A stretch of 64,000 nt of DNA from Alphaproteobacteria bacterium (GTDB lineage: Bacteria > Pseudomonadota > Alphaproteobacteria > CALKHQ01), in contig CBDDFZ010000001.1 in NCBI GenBank assembly GCA_965227515.1, positions 192,001-256,000 on the forward strand. Reading direction: 5' to 3'. Shown here in pieces: positions 29,357 to 39,571 of the stretch (its first letter is position 1; the number at the start of each line of letters is the position of its first letter). The translations under genes and the position numbers were made by a program. The notes under the pieces are model-generated. The model was not told where the DNA came from, made no database searches, and saw nothing but the letters and a program-made list of their open reading frames with translations.

Positions 29357-30177
29357 GGGCCTGTTGAGATTCATCGCGAGTTTATGACAGCTGCTGCGAG
29401 ATGGATGATGGCGTTGAAGCTTGTGTCGGTTTTGTCTGCACGCATGGCGATTCGCTTGAACTCTTTGAGTTTGCAGAAGAAGTTTTCGATCAGATGACGC
29501 CATTTGTACATCTCGGCGTCGATTTGCAGCGGGCTGGCGCGGCGCGGATGCTGGGATATGACGATCTTGGCACCGCGCTCGTTGAGGTCAGCAACGATGG
29601 CGCTGGTGTCGAACGCTTTGTCCGCGATCATCGCCTTGAAGGAGAGTCCGTCGATGAGCGGCGGCACGCCAACCGTATCGTAGCGATGGCCGGGCAGGAG
29701 CACGAAACGCACCAGATTGCCAAGCGCATCACACAGCGCGAGGATCTTCGTCGTCATCCCGCCCTTGGAGCGGCCGATGGCCTGGCTTTGAGTCCCCCTT
29801 TTGCGCCCTGGCCGTGGCGGTGCACCTTGACAATGGTGGCATCAACCATGGCGTATTCCATGTCCGGCTCGTCCAAGCAGGCCTCGAACAGCCGCACGAA
29901 GACGTCTGCTTTGACCCAGTCGCGGTATCGCTTAAAGACCGTGTTCCAAGGGCCAAAAGATGTCGGGAGATCACGCCACGGGCTGCCCGTACGCACCACC
30001 CACAGCACGGCTTCGACAAAGCGCCGGTTGTCAGCGCCACTGCGGCCCGGATCGCTCGGCTTGCCCAAGCAATGGGGTTCCATCTTCGCCCATTGGGCGT
30101 CACTCAGTACGAATCGTTCCATCCGAAGCTTGAATCACAACCAAGCACGGAGAGGAATCCTGAATCTCAACAGGCCT
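29357..30177 (-). mobile_element. IS5-family element, copy 2
   Basis: Same IRs and identical ORF translations to copy 1 (offset 27321), TA flanks. Confidence 0.92.
29371..30122 (-). CDS. IS5-family transposase (frameshifted orfA/orfB)
   Basis: Identical to 2050-2801. Confidence 0.9.
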
Positions 30178-30179
30178 TA

Positions 30180-31227
30180 GAGCGGGGTCTTTTTTGGAAG
30201 AATCGAAAGGGGATTCCCGACTCGGGTGGCAATCTGATTCAACGTGTTGGTCTTGAGAGGAGGCTGGCGCGATGGGTCGACCCTATTCGAATGATCTTCG
30301 TGAGCGTGCTGTTGCCCGGGTGATGGCCGGTGAGACGGTTCGCTCTGTGGCATCCGCGTTCGATGTGAGCGTGTCTGCGGTTGTGAAGTGGTCGCAGCGA
30401 TATCGGCGCACCGGGAGCGTTGCGCCGGGCAAGGTCGGTGGCCACAAGCGGATCATATTGGCGCCGCATCGCGACTTCGTGCAGGCTCGTTTGGCTGCCG
30501 AGCCGCACCTTCCCTTGCGCTCCTTGCAGCGCGAGTTGGCCGATCGCGGCATCCGGGTGAGCTACGGCGCGATCTGGCGCTTTGTGCATGCCGAGGGATT
30601 GAGCTTCAAAAAAAACCGCGTTCGCCAGCGAGCAGGATCGTCCCGACGTGGCGCGGCGCCGCGCGCGCTGGAAGCGTCATCAGGCGAAACTTGATCCCGC
30701 CCGCCTGGTCTTCATTGACGAGACCTGGGCCAAGACCAACATGGCGCCGTTGCGGGGCTGGAGCCGGCGCGGCCGGCGCCTCGTCGGCAAGGCACCGCAC
30801 GGCCGCTGGCGCACCCTGACCTTCCTCGCTGCTCTGCGCTGCGACCAGCTCACCGCACCGTGCGTCTTCGACGGCCCGATTAACGGTCAGGCCTTCCTCG
30901 CCTATGTCGAGCAAATCCTGGTGCCGACGCTCAAACCCGGCGACATCGTCATCATGGACAACCTGGGCAGCCACAAGGGCAAGGCCGTACGGGCCGCCCT
31001 GCGCCAAGCCGGCGCAAGGCTGCTCTTCCTGCCGCCCTACAGCCCCGACCTCAATCCCATCGAGCAGGTGTTCGCCAAGCTCAAGCACCTGCTCAGGCGC
31101 GCCGCAGAGCGCACCATCGACGACACATGGCGGCGTATCGGAAAACTACTCGACGCGTTCCAGCCACACGAATGCAACAACTACATCGTCAATGCAGGAT
31201 ACGCTTCCGCATAAAACGATCCCGCTC
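30180..31227 (+). mobile_element. IS630-family element, copy 2 (inverted relative to copy 1)
   Basis: Same ends, 1048 bp, several SNPs versus copy 1. Confidence 0.92.
30272..31214 (+). CDS. IS630 transposase (frameshifted)
   Basis: HTH orfA + DDE orfB, A8 slippery site. Confidence 0.92.
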
Positions 31228-31274
31228 TAGATCGGGATCAGCTTCCTCCCGGACCAACCCGAACCGCCACACAA

Positions 31275-31304
31275 ATGGGCCCTCGCGACAAGCGCGAGGG
31301 CGAC
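31275..31304 (-). repeat. REP-like palindrome, right half of a doublet
   Basis: ATGGGCCCTCGCGACAAGCGCGAGGGCGAC, inverted match to 29255-29284 with compensatory stem changes. Confidence 0.7.
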
Positions 31305-31341
31305 GATGTGATGTGTCTTCGAGATGTTTGAGAGCGGTAGC

Positions 31342-31674
31342 TCAGTCCTTCCGGCGGCCCGCGCTCGATCCGGCGCGGATGCCGGCGGCAAACGCGCTCA
31401 TCACGTTTTCCCAGGCGCCGCCCGGCGGCGGGTGGGGCGCGTCGCGATGGCGCTTGCGGCCGCGGGTGATCATCACCAGCACAATCGCCGCACCGATGGC
31501 GGTGCCGAGGAACAACAGGCCGATGTAGAGGGACGCGAAGATCGGCCCGACCCATTCGAAGAGGGCGAGCCAACCGGCGGCGAGCAGAAACAGCCCGCCA
31601 AGGCATAGGCAGAAGCAGATGAAGACGGCGAGCACGGCGCCCGCCGCTGCCTTGCGGATCCAACGTCCCATCAC
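31342..31674 (-). CDS. Small two-TM membrane protein (YqjE/holin-like)
   Basis: Two hydrophobic helices, downstream of a DUF883 gene. Confidence 0.6.
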   Translation of the reverse strand: MMGRWIRKAAAGAVLAVFICFCLCLGGLFLLAAGWLALFEWVGPIFASLYIGLLFLGTAIGAAIVLVMITRGRKRHRDAPHPPPGGAWENVMSAFAAGIRAGSSAGRRKD

Positions 31675-31702
31675 GTTTCGCGCGCTCCGCCGCGTGGGTC
31701 GA

Positions 31703-32029
31703 TCAGCGGCGCGCCAGCAGCAGGCCGATGATGAAGCCGATGGCCGCCGCGATGCCGGCCGCCATGTAGGGCTTCTGATGCACCATCTCGTCGGCCTGGT
31801 GGGTCAGCCGCTCGGCGGCCTTGCGGACCTCTTCCGCCTTCTCCTTGCCCATGTTGAAGGCCTGGCGGGCCTTGCCGTTGGCCGCGTCGGCCGCATCCTT
31901 GCCGGCGTTCTTGGCCAGGTCGCCAATCAGCGAGGCAAGGCCGGAGATGTCGCCCTTCAACTGGTCGATCTGCTCGGACAGATCCTTGACCGTCTCGTCG
32001 GTCGCCTTCGATGTGGACGTGGAAGCCAT
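31703..32029 (-). CDS. DUF883 (ElaB/YqjD) tail-anchored protein
   Basis: Coiled N-terminus, VHQKPYMAAGIAAAIGFIIGLLLARR tail. Confidence 0.88.
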   Translation of the reverse strand: MASTSTSKATDETVKDLSEQIDQLKGDISGLASLIGDLAKNAGKDAADAANGKARQAFNMGKEKAEEVRKAAERLTHQADEMVHQKPYMAAGIAAAIGFIIGLLLARR

Positions 32030-32081
32030 GGTTGCGCTCCTTTGCGCTGATATGGGTTCGGGGCAGGTGTCGTCACCTTTC

Positions 32082-32106
32082 AACACCCCGGTTCGGCGCT
32101 GGTTCC
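32082..32106 (-). promoter_or_regulatory. Sigma-EcfG-type general stress promoter
   Basis: GGAAC-N16-TGTT upstream of the DUF883 gene. Confidence 0.55.
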
Positions 32107-32237
32107 ACCCGCGCTTTGTGCACCCGCGAAAGATCGGACTGTAAGTTACAGCATCTCCTGTCGCGTGTCGCGGCAACCCACGGCAATATGGCGGCGCGCC
32201 CGCCATGGCGGGGCTTCACGGGTCCGCCAAACGAACC

Positions 32238-33809
32238 ATGACCGACGTCTCGCAACCGACCGACCACCCGGCATCGCCGCGCCAGATAGACGATTTCGAA
32301 CTGCTGATCACCGCGGCCGAGGCCTGCCCTGTGCTGGAGCGCGCGTTCCTGGCGGCGGAGCGGGAGATCTGGGCAAGTTTCCGCATCTTCGACCTGCGCA
32401 TGCGCCTGCGCTCGACCGAAGCCCTGGCCGTCGGCAATTCCTGGTTCGACCTGATCCGCCACACCCTGGAGCGCGGCGTCGACATCCACTTCGTGCTTAC
32501 CGATTTCGACCCGCTGCTCGCCCCCTCGCTGCACCACGACACCTGGCGGTCGATGCGGCGGCTGGCGATCGCCAGCGAGGCGACCGACGGCGGCCGGCTC
32601 TGGGCCCATGCCGGCATGCACCCGGCGCGGGTCGGCTGGCTGACCCGGCTGATGCTGTGGCCGGTGGCCCGCCGCAAGCTTGGCAAGCATGTGCGGCGCC
32701 TGCGCGCGATGGCGCCCGATGCCCGCACCGCCTATCTGAGAGAAACGCCCGGACTGGCCCAATTCGTGGCCATTGACGACGACGGCGCGGTGCGCGGCGC
32801 GCTTGGCGCCCCGCCGCAGTTCTACCCGGTGACCCATCACCAGAAGCTCGCGACATTCGACCGCGCGCGGCTGTTCATCGGCGGGTTGGACATCGACGAA
32901 CGGCGCTACGACGACCCGCGGCATCGCCGCCCGGCGGCACAAACCTGGCACGATGTCAGTTGCATGGTGACCGGGCCGGTGGTCGCCGATGCCCAGGCTC
33001 ATCTGGAGGCGTTCTGGCGCGCGCCGCCGGATGCGCGCGACAGCGGCGGCGGGGCGTTCGTGCGCACCGTCTCCCACGCACGGCCGCGCCCCGTTATCTC
33101 CATGTCGCCGGAGCCGCGGGTAACCGAGATCGAGGCCGCGACGTACCGGCTGATCGCGCGGGCCCGCACCCTGCTCTATTTCGAGACCCAGTTCTTCCGC
33201 CACCTGCCGCTGGCCCGTGCACTGGCGCGGGCGGCGCGCGCCAACCCGTCGCTGGGTCTGATCATGATCCTGCCCGCGGCGCCGGAGGACGTCGCCTTCG
33301 AGCACAACACCGGCCGCGACGCCCGGTTCGGCGAGCACTTACAGGCCCGGTGCGTCGCCAAGGTGAGGCAGGCCTTCGGGCAGCGGCAGTTCATCGGCTC
33401 CGCAGCCCAACCGCGCCACCACGATACCGAACACCGCGACACAACCATGCGCGCACCGCTGGTCTACATCCACTCCAAGGTCTCGATCGCCGACGACAAT
33501 CTGGCAATGGTGACCTCCGCCAATCTGAACGGGCGCAGCATGCGCTGGGACACCGAGGCCGGGCTGCATATCGACGACGCCGATACGGTCACGCATATCC
33601 GCCGCCGCCTGTTCGACCACTGGCTCGGCGCCGGTGCGCCCACAGCGCTGTACGATCTGGAGACGGCGGTTCAGGCGTGGCGCGACCGTGCCGCCCACAA
33701 CGCCCGCGCAAAGCCGGAGGACCGCCTCGGCTTCATCCTGCCCTACGACGTCCGGCCGGCGCGGCGCTTCGGCCGCAAGGTGCCGCTGGCACCGGAGGAG
33801 ATTGTGTAG
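32238..33809 (+). CDS. Phospholipase D-family protein
   Basis: Two HKD motifs: HQKLATFD...GGLD and HSKVSIAD...SANLNGRS. Confidence 0.9.
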   Translation: MTDVSQPTDHPASPRQIDDFELLITAAEACPVLERAFLAAEREIWASFRIFDLRMRLRSTEALAVGNSWFDLIRHTLERGVDIHFVLTDFDPLLAPSLHHDTWRSMRRLAIASEATDGGRLWAHAGMHPARVGWLTRLMLWPVARRKLGKHVRRLRAMAPDARTAYLRETPGLAQFVAIDDDGAVRGALGAPPQFYPVTHHQKLATFDRARLFIGGLDIDERRYDDPRHRRPAAQTWHDVSCMVTGPVVADAQAHLEAFWRAPPDARDSGGGAFVRTVSHARPRPVISMSPEPRVTEIEAATYRLIARARTLLYFETQFFRHLPLARALARAARANPSLGLIMILPAAPEDVAFEHNTGRDARFGEHLQARCVAKVRQAFGQRQFIGSAAQPRHHDTEHRDTTMRAPLVYIHSKVSIADDNLAMVTSANLNGRSMRWDTEAGLHIDDADTVTHIRRRLFDHWLGAGAPTALYDLETAVQAWRDRAAHNARAKPEDRLGFILPYDVRPARRFGRKVPLAPEEIV

Positions 33810-33836
33810 ACGTTGCCGGGGCGACCGCACAAAACC

Positions 33837-33922
33837 GTAGCCCGGGTGGAACGGCGTGGAACCCGGGGACATTCCTTCAGCCGCCTAAGGCCCCGGATTG
33901 CGCTGCGCTTCATCCGGGCTAC
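33837..33922. repeat. GTAG-type REP doublet
   Basis: GTAGCCCGGGTGGAACG...ACCCGGG / CCCGGATTGCGCTGCGCTTCATCCGGGCTAC between convergent genes. Confidence 0.75.
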
Positions 33923-33967
33923 CCAACGGCGATGTAGCTGGTTTCGGTCGCGCCTAGATCGCCAAGA

Positions 33968-34789
33968 TCAGATTGCCAAATACTCGTGGCGCATCTTCTC
34001 GTCGTCCAGCACCTCTTGCGCGGTGCCGTCGAACACCACCTTGCCCATGTCCAGGATCAGGGCCCGGTCGGCCAGATGCAGTGCGGCGATCGCGTTCTGC
34101 TCGACAATGACGGTGGTGATGTTCTGCGACTTGATGTGCTCCAGCGTGCGCTCGATCTCCTGCACGATCACCGGTGCCAGTCCCTCATAGGGCTCGTCCA
34201 GCAGCAAGAGCTTGACCTCGCGGGCCAGCGCGCGCGCAACCGCGAGCATTTGCTGCTCGCCGCCGGAAAGCGTCACCGCCTCCTGCTTGCGCCGTTCCGC
34301 CAGCCGGGGGAACAGCTCGTAAAGCTGATCCAGCGACCAGCCGACGGGCGGCGCGATCTGGGCCAGCTTCAAATTCTCTTCCACCGACAGGCCCTGGATG
34401 ATGCGCCGGTCCTCCGGCACCAGGCCCAGGCCGTTCTGCGCCGCCTGGAAGGCGCGCATCTTGTGCAGCGCCTGACCGTCCAGCCAGATCTCGCCCTGGT
34501 GCAGCGCCGGGCTATCGACGCGTGCCAGCGCGCGCAGGGTCGACGTCTTGCCGGCGCCATTGCGGCCGAGCAGGGCGAGGATTTCGCCCTCGCGCACGTC
34601 GAAGCTGACACCCTGCACGATGTAGCTCTCGCCGTAGTAGGCGTGCACGTCCTGCACCGACAGGAATGCAGGCGCGGTGGCCGCACCGGCCGCCGGCGCG
34701 GCCTCGGTGGTCGCGGCCTGGCGAGGCGGCTGTTGGGAGATGTCTGCGGTATCCATGTCCCTACTTAGCAAACCTGGCATCGCCGTCAT
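33968..34789 (-). CDS. Liv-type ABC ATPase (LivF-like)
   Basis: GRNGAGKT, LSGGEQQML, DEPYEGLAP. Confidence 0.92.
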   Translation of the reverse strand: MTAMPGLLSRDMDTADISQQPPRQAATTEAAPAAGAATAPAFLSVQDVHAYYGESYIVQGVSFDVREGEILALLGRNGAGKTSTLRALARVDSPALHQGEIWLDGQALHKMRAFQAAQNGLGLVPEDRRIIQGLSVEENLKLAQIAPPVGWSLDQLYELFPRLAERRKQEAVTLSGGEQQMLAVARALAREVKLLLLDEPYEGLAPVIVQEIERTLEHIKSQNITTVIVEQNAIAALHLADRALILDMGKVVFDGTAQEVLDDEKMRHEYLAI

Positions 34790-35541
34790 AGGTGTGCGCC
34801 CCCAAGATAAGCCTCCTGGACCTTCGGATTGCCCTTGATGTTCTCGGGCTCGTCTTCCGCGATCACGGTGCCCTGCGCCAACACCGAGATCCGGTCGGCC
34901 AGCGAGAACACCACGTGCATGTCGTGCTCGATGACGATCATGGTGATGCCGCGTGCCGCGATCTTCTTCAGGAGTTCGATGGTGTTGTTGGTGTCGGCGC
35001 GCGACATGCCGGCGGTCGGCTCGTCCAGCAGCAGCAGCTTCGGCTCCTGCACCAGGCACATGGCCAGCTCAAGCCGCCGCTTGTCGCCGCGCGAGAGCTG
35101 GTTCGCCACCGTGTCGGCATGGCGGGCGAGCCCGACATCCTCCAGCATCGACATCGCCCGTCCGCGGATCTCGGACTCGTCGTCCATGTCTTTCCAGCCG
35201 TTCAGCGTGAACGCACCGTCGCGCTTGGCGAAGGCCGGGATCATCACGTTGCGTAGCAGCGTCAGGTCGCCGAAGATTTCGGGCGTCTGGAACACGCGGC
35301 TGACGCCGACCTGATTGATCTGGTGCGGCTTCAGGCCGAGCAGGGACTTGCCCTCGAACTCCACCGTGCCGGTGTCGGGGTCGAGCCGACCGACGAAGCA
35401 GTTGAGCAGGGTCGACTTGCCGGCGCCGTTGGGCCCGATGATGGCGTGGACCCGCCCCTCGGCGATCTCCAGGTTGACCTCGTTCAGCGCCTGCAGGCCG
35501 CCGAACCGCTTGTTGACGTTGCGAACGGTGAGGATGCTCAT
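34786..35541 (-). CDS. Liv-type ABC ATPase (LivG-like)
   Basis: GPNGAGKST, DEPTAG, IEHDM, VQEAYLG. Confidence 0.92.
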   Translation of the reverse strand: MSILTVRNVNKRFGGLQALNEVNLEIAEGRVHAIIGPNGAGKSTLLNCFVGRLDPDTGTVEFEGKSLLGLKPHQINQVGVSRVFQTPEIFGDLTLLRNVMIPAFAKRDGAFTLNGWKDMDDESEIRGRAMSMLEDVGLARHADTVANQLSRGDKRRLELAMCLVQEPKLLLLDEPTAGMSRADTNNTIELLKKIAARGITMIVIEHDMHVVFSLADRISVLAQGTVIAEDEPENIKGNPKVQEAYLGGAHL

Positions 35542-35553
35542 GTCGGCGCTCCC

Positions 35554-36783
35554 CTATTCCGCCGGTACGGCGCTGGCCGGCCTGTCGGACGTTCCGTCGC
35601 CCGACTTGGCCGCATGGGTCGCGCTGCCCGGCGAGCCGCCGCCGCGCCCGCGTCGTCGGAACAGCCGACCGATGCGCTGCAGGCCCTCCATCAGGCCGCC
35701 CGGCATGAAGATGACGATGGCCATGAACACGAGGCCGAGCAGCAGGTGCCAGCCACCACCGACGAACGGGCCGACCACGGTCACCAGGGCCGAGTTCGCC
35801 CAGTCCGGCAGGAAGCTGAAGGCATCGACCAGCAACTGGTCGTTGAAGGCGGAGACCTTCTGCTCAAGGTACTTGATGACGCCCGCGCCCAGCACCGGCC
35901 CGATCAGCGTGCCGGCACCGCCCAGAATGGTCATCAGCACCACCTCGCCCGAGCGGGTCCACAGCATGCGGTCCGCGCCCGCCGTCGGGTCGACCGCCGC
36001 CATCAGCCCGCCGGCCAGCCCGGCATACATGCCGGAGATGACGAAGGCCGCCAGCGTGTAGGGCTTGGTGTTCAGGCCGGTGTAGTTCATCCGGTTCTGG
36101 TTCGATTTCACCGCCCGCAGCATCATGCCGAACGGCGACCGGAAGATGCGCATCGCCAGATAGAACGCGAAGATCGTGATGATGCCGCAGAAGTAGTAGC
36201 CGACGTTGAATTGCAGCTCGAAGCCCAGGAACGTGGTGACCCAGGTCTCCTGCATCTCCAGCCCGAACAGATTGGTGCTCGGCAGCGTGCCGCCCTGGGT
36301 GGCCCCGTCGAGGATGCGGGGATCGTCCAGATTGCGCTGCAGGCCGTTCTCGCCACCGGTGACGGGCGTCAGCACGGAATAGGCCAGCGTGTGGGCCATC
36401 TGCGCGAAGGCCAGGGTCAGGATTGAAAAGTAGATGCCGGTCCGCTTCAGCGAGATGTAGCCGATGATCACCGAGAAGATGCCGGCCAGCAGCACGGCAA
36501 GGATCAGCGCCGGCAGCACGTTCATGGTCAACAGCTTCATCGACCACACCGCAGCGTACGAGCCCACGCCGACGAAGGCGGCGTGCCCGAACGAGAGGTA
36601 GCCGGTCAGCCCGAACAGGATGTTGAAGCCGACCGCGAACAGGCCGAAGATCACGAACTTCTGCATCAGGTCCGGATAGCCGGCGCCCAGCGGCGCCAGG
36701 ATCACGGGCGCGAGGACGATCGCTGCGATCAGGCCGATCAAGAGCCAGGTGTTGGTGCGGGCACCGTGGATGGTGTTTGACAT
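35554..36783 (-). CDS. Liv-type ABC permease (LivM-like)
   Basis: [24 protein letters not shown]. Confidence 0.92.
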   Translation of the reverse strand: MSNTIHGARTNTWLLIGLIAAIVLAPVILAPLGAGYPDLMQKFVIFGLFAVGFNILFGLTGYLSFGHAAFVGVGSYAAVWSMKLLTMNVLPALILAVLLAGIFSVIIGYISLKRTGIYFSILTLAFAQMAHTLAYSVLTPVTGGENGLQRNLDDPRILDGATQGGTLPSTNLFGLEMQETWVTTFLGFELQFNVGYYFCGIITIFAFYLAMRIFRSPFGMMLRAVKSNQNRMNYTGLNTKPYTLAAFVISGMYAGLAGGLMAAVDPTAGADRMLWTRSGEVVLMTILGGAGTLIGPVLGAGVIKYLEQKVSAFNDQLLVDAFSFLPDWANSALVTVVGPFVGGGWHLLLGLVFMAIVIFMPGGLMEGLQRIGRLFRRRGRGGGSPGSATHAAKSGDGTSDRPASAVPAE

Positions 36784-36786
36784 GGC

Positions 36787-37815
36787 TCAGCTCTCCATCA
36801 CGCCCTTGCGGCCCATCAGCCCGCGCGGCCGGGCCAGCAACACGATGATGGCGACCAGATAGATGATGACCTGGTCGATGCCGGGCAGGATGCTGGTGAC
36901 TTCGCTCATGGCGGCGAACGCCTGCAGGATGCCGAGCAGGAAGCCCGCCGCGACCGCACCGGCCAGCGACCCCATGCCGCCGACGACGACGACGATGAAG
37001 CTGTAGACCAGGAAGTCCATCGCCCACTGCGGCTCCGGGTTCTGGATCGGCGCGTACATCACGCCGGCCACGCCCGCAACGACCGCGGCAAGCCCGAACA
37101 TGATGGTGAAGCGCTTGTCGATGTTGATGCCGAGAAGGCCCACCGTCTCGCGGTCGGCCATGCCGGCGCGCACCACCATGCCGAAGGTTGTGAGGTGCAG
37201 GAAGGCGAACACGCCTGCTATCACGATGACGGCGAACAGGAAGTAGATCGAGCGCCAGGCACCATAGACGACGCGGCCCGGCTCGAAGCCGATGGCGACC
37301 CCGAAGTCGACCATGCCGGTCAGGTCCTCTGGGCTGTCCTGGGCGATGCCGGTGGCGCCGAAGATGCCCTTGATGATCTCGTAGAGCACGATCGCCAGGC
37401 CGAAGGTGACCAGGATCTGCTCGGCGTGGGTGCGCTTGTAGAAGAACTTGATCAGCCCGCGTTCCATGATCACGCCGACCAGCAGCATCAGCGGCACGGC
37501 GATCAGCAACGACAGCGGGACGGAATAGTCGACCAGGATGGTGCCGAACTCGCCGAACCATTCCTCGACGATGGGCGTGCGGATCTCAAGCGGCGAGCCC
37601 CAGGCCGTGGTCTCGGTCTCGCTGAGAACCACGCTCTCCAGGCTCAGCACCTTGTTCAGCGCCACCGCGCAGAAGCCGCCCAGCATGAACAGGGCGCCGT
37701 GGGCGAAGTTGACCACGCCCAGCGTGCCGAAAACGATGGTCAGCCCCAGCGCGATCAGCGCGTAGGAGCTGCCCTTGTCGAGTCCGGTGATGAATTGGAG
37801 GACTATAGCTTCCAT
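36787..37815 (-). CDS. Liv-type ABC permease (LivH-like)
   Basis: GVVNFAHG, VVVGGMGS, RPRGLMG. Confidence 0.92.
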   Translation of the reverse strand: MEAIVLQFITGLDKGSSYALIALGLTIVFGTLGVVNFAHGALFMLGGFCAVALNKVLSLESVVLSETETTAWGSPLEIRTPIVEEWFGEFGTILVDYSVPLSLLIAVPLMLLVGVIMERGLIKFFYKRTHAEQILVTFGLAIVLYEIIKGIFGATGIAQDSPEDLTGMVDFGVAIGFEPGRVVYGAWRSIYFLFAVIVIAGVFAFLHLTTFGMVVRAGMADRETVGLLGINIDKRFTIMFGLAAVVAGVAGVMYAPIQNPEPQWAMDFLVYSFIVVVVGGMGSLAGAVAAGFLLGILQAFAAMSEVTSILPGIDQVIIYLVAIIVLLARPRGLMGRKGVMES

Positions 37816-37893
37816 TTTCCCGCCCCTGGCCGAAGCGAACCGGCCACCCCGTCGGAACGGGGCAGCCGGTCAACATTCAACGCAACGCGTGCA

Positions 37894-39237
37894 TCAGGTG
37901 CCCGGGTTGCACTCACCCAGCTCGCCGCCGGCGAACATCGGATGGTCGGGCGCGTAGGTGACCTGCGCGGCCGGCACCACTTCGACGACCTCGAGCACGT
38001 CGAACTGGTTCTCCGGCTCTTCCTTACCACGCACGACCAGCACGTCCTTGAAGCACTGGTGGTCCTCGGCGCGATACAGCGTCGGGCCGTTGCCCATGCC
38101 GTCGAACTCGAAGCCTTCCAACGCCTCGGCGACGCCGCACGGGTTGAAGGTGCCCGCACGCTCGCACGCGTCGGCGTAGAGGATCGCCTGCACGTAGCAG
38201 GTGTGGGCCGCCTGGCTGGGCGGGAAGCCGTACTTCTGGCCGAACGAGGTGACGAACGCCTTCGAGCCCTCGTCCTGCAGCGACCAGTGCCAGTTGGTGG
38301 AACCGAAGATGCCCTTCACGTTCTCGCCCGCGCCCTGCGCCATCAGGCGGGAGTACAGCGGCACCACGACCTCGAAGTTGCGGCCGTTGACTTCCTTCTC
38401 GCGCAGGCCGAACTGCACCGCCTGGGTCAACGAGTTGACCATGTCGCGGCCATAGTGGTTCAGCACCAGCACGTCGGCGCCGGAGTTCAGCACCGGGGTG
38501 ATGTACTGCGAGAAGTCGCCGGCACCCAGCGGGGTCAGCACGGTCTCGACCGTCTCCCAACCCAGGGCCTCGGTGGCCGCGACGATCGATTCCTGCTGCG
38601 TCCAGCCCCAGGTGTAGTCGGCGGTCAGGTGATAGGCCTTGCGGTCGGCGCCATAATTGGCTTCGAGCACCGGCGCCAGCGCCGCACCCGACATATAGGC
38701 GTTGAAGAAGTGGCGGAAGCCGTTGGCCTTCTTGTCCTTGCCCGTGGTGTCATTGGAGTGGGTCAGGCCGGCCATGAAGATGACGCCGGCTTCCTGACAC
38801 AGGTCCTGCACCGCGATGGCGACACCGGACGACGAGCCACCGGTGATCATGACAGCGCCGTCGGCCTCGATCATGCGGCGGGCCGAAGCGCGGGCCGCGT
38901 CGGAGTTGGTCTGGGTGTCGCCGGTCACGTAGGCGACTTCCTTGCCGAGCACGCCGCTGCCGGTCAGCGCGTTCGACGAGAACGTGTTCAGCATGCCGCC
39001 GTCGCCGCCGCCGTTCAGGTGCTCGACCGCCAGCTCGTACGCGCGCAGCTCGTCCGCGCCCTCGTCGGTGTAGGCGCCGGTCTGCGGCACGTTGAAGCCG
39101 AAGGTGACGGTGGAGCCGGTGGGCTCATTGGTGTACGCCCAGGCGCTCTTCGAGATGATCGTCGGCGCGGCGATGCCGGCTCCGACGGCGGCGCTGGTCT
39201 TCAGAAGACCGCGGCGGCTGAGTTTCAGGTCCTTCAT
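37894..39237 (-). CDS. Liv-type substrate-binding protein, Tat-exported
   Basis: SRRGLLK, GGSSSGVA, ADYTWG. Confidence 0.9.
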   Translation of the reverse strand: MKDLKLSRRGLLKTSAAVGAGIAAPTIISKSAWAYTNEPTGSTVTFGFNVPQTGAYTDEGADELRAYELAVEHLNGGGDGGMLNTFSSNALTGSGVLGKEVAYVTGDTQTNSDAARASARRMIEADGAVMITGGSSSGVAIAVQDLCQEAGVIFMAGLTHSNDTTGKDKKANGFRHFFNAYMSGAALAPVLEANYGADRKAYHLTADYTWGWTQQESIVAATEALGWETVETVLTPLGAGDFSQYITPVLNSGADVLVLNHYGRDMVNSLTQAVQFGLREKEVNGRNFEVVVPLYSRLMAQGAGENVKGIFGSTNWHWSLQDEGSKAFVTSFGQKYGFPPSQAAHTCYVQAILYADACERAGTFNPCGVAEALEGFEFDGMGNGPTLYRAEDHQCFKDVLVVRGKEEPENQFDVLEVVEVVPAAQVTYAPDHPMFAGGELGECNPGT

Positions 39238-39482
39238 GCATTCCTCCCTCGTGTTGTGCCTTTGGTGATGTGCCCGGCCCATCTGCCCGAGCGGCAACTG
39301 GGTCTGCCGCAGCGTTCCCCCGACCGGATGACCGTTTCCCGATCGGCTGGCCGGACGACCGAACCTTGGATGATTCGGCGTGCCGGCGGACTGCCCCACA
39401 ACGCAGGCACGGCCATATACTGTGAGCGAACATGCCAAATCGGTGTCAAGATCGAAATAACTAATTGATTTGACGCCGAAAG

Positions 39483-39531
39483 TTTGTAAATTCACCGACG
39501 AGACGATTTGTCGATTTGTCAATTGTTGACA
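39483..39531. promoter_or_regulatory. Candidate ScfR/RamB operator repeats
   Basis: TTTGTAAA, TTTGTCGA, TTTGTCAA in the divergent intergenic region, similar to the PccR-type TTTGCAAA repeats. Confidence 0.35.
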
Positions 39532-39571
39532 TTGCACCGCAGCATGTGCGGGTGCGAAATGGAGCATAGGG

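Noticed and set aside
31342-31674. Holin-like gene as evidence of a prophage
   Set aside because: It is paired with DUF883 as in yqjDE-type stress operons; no phage genes nearby
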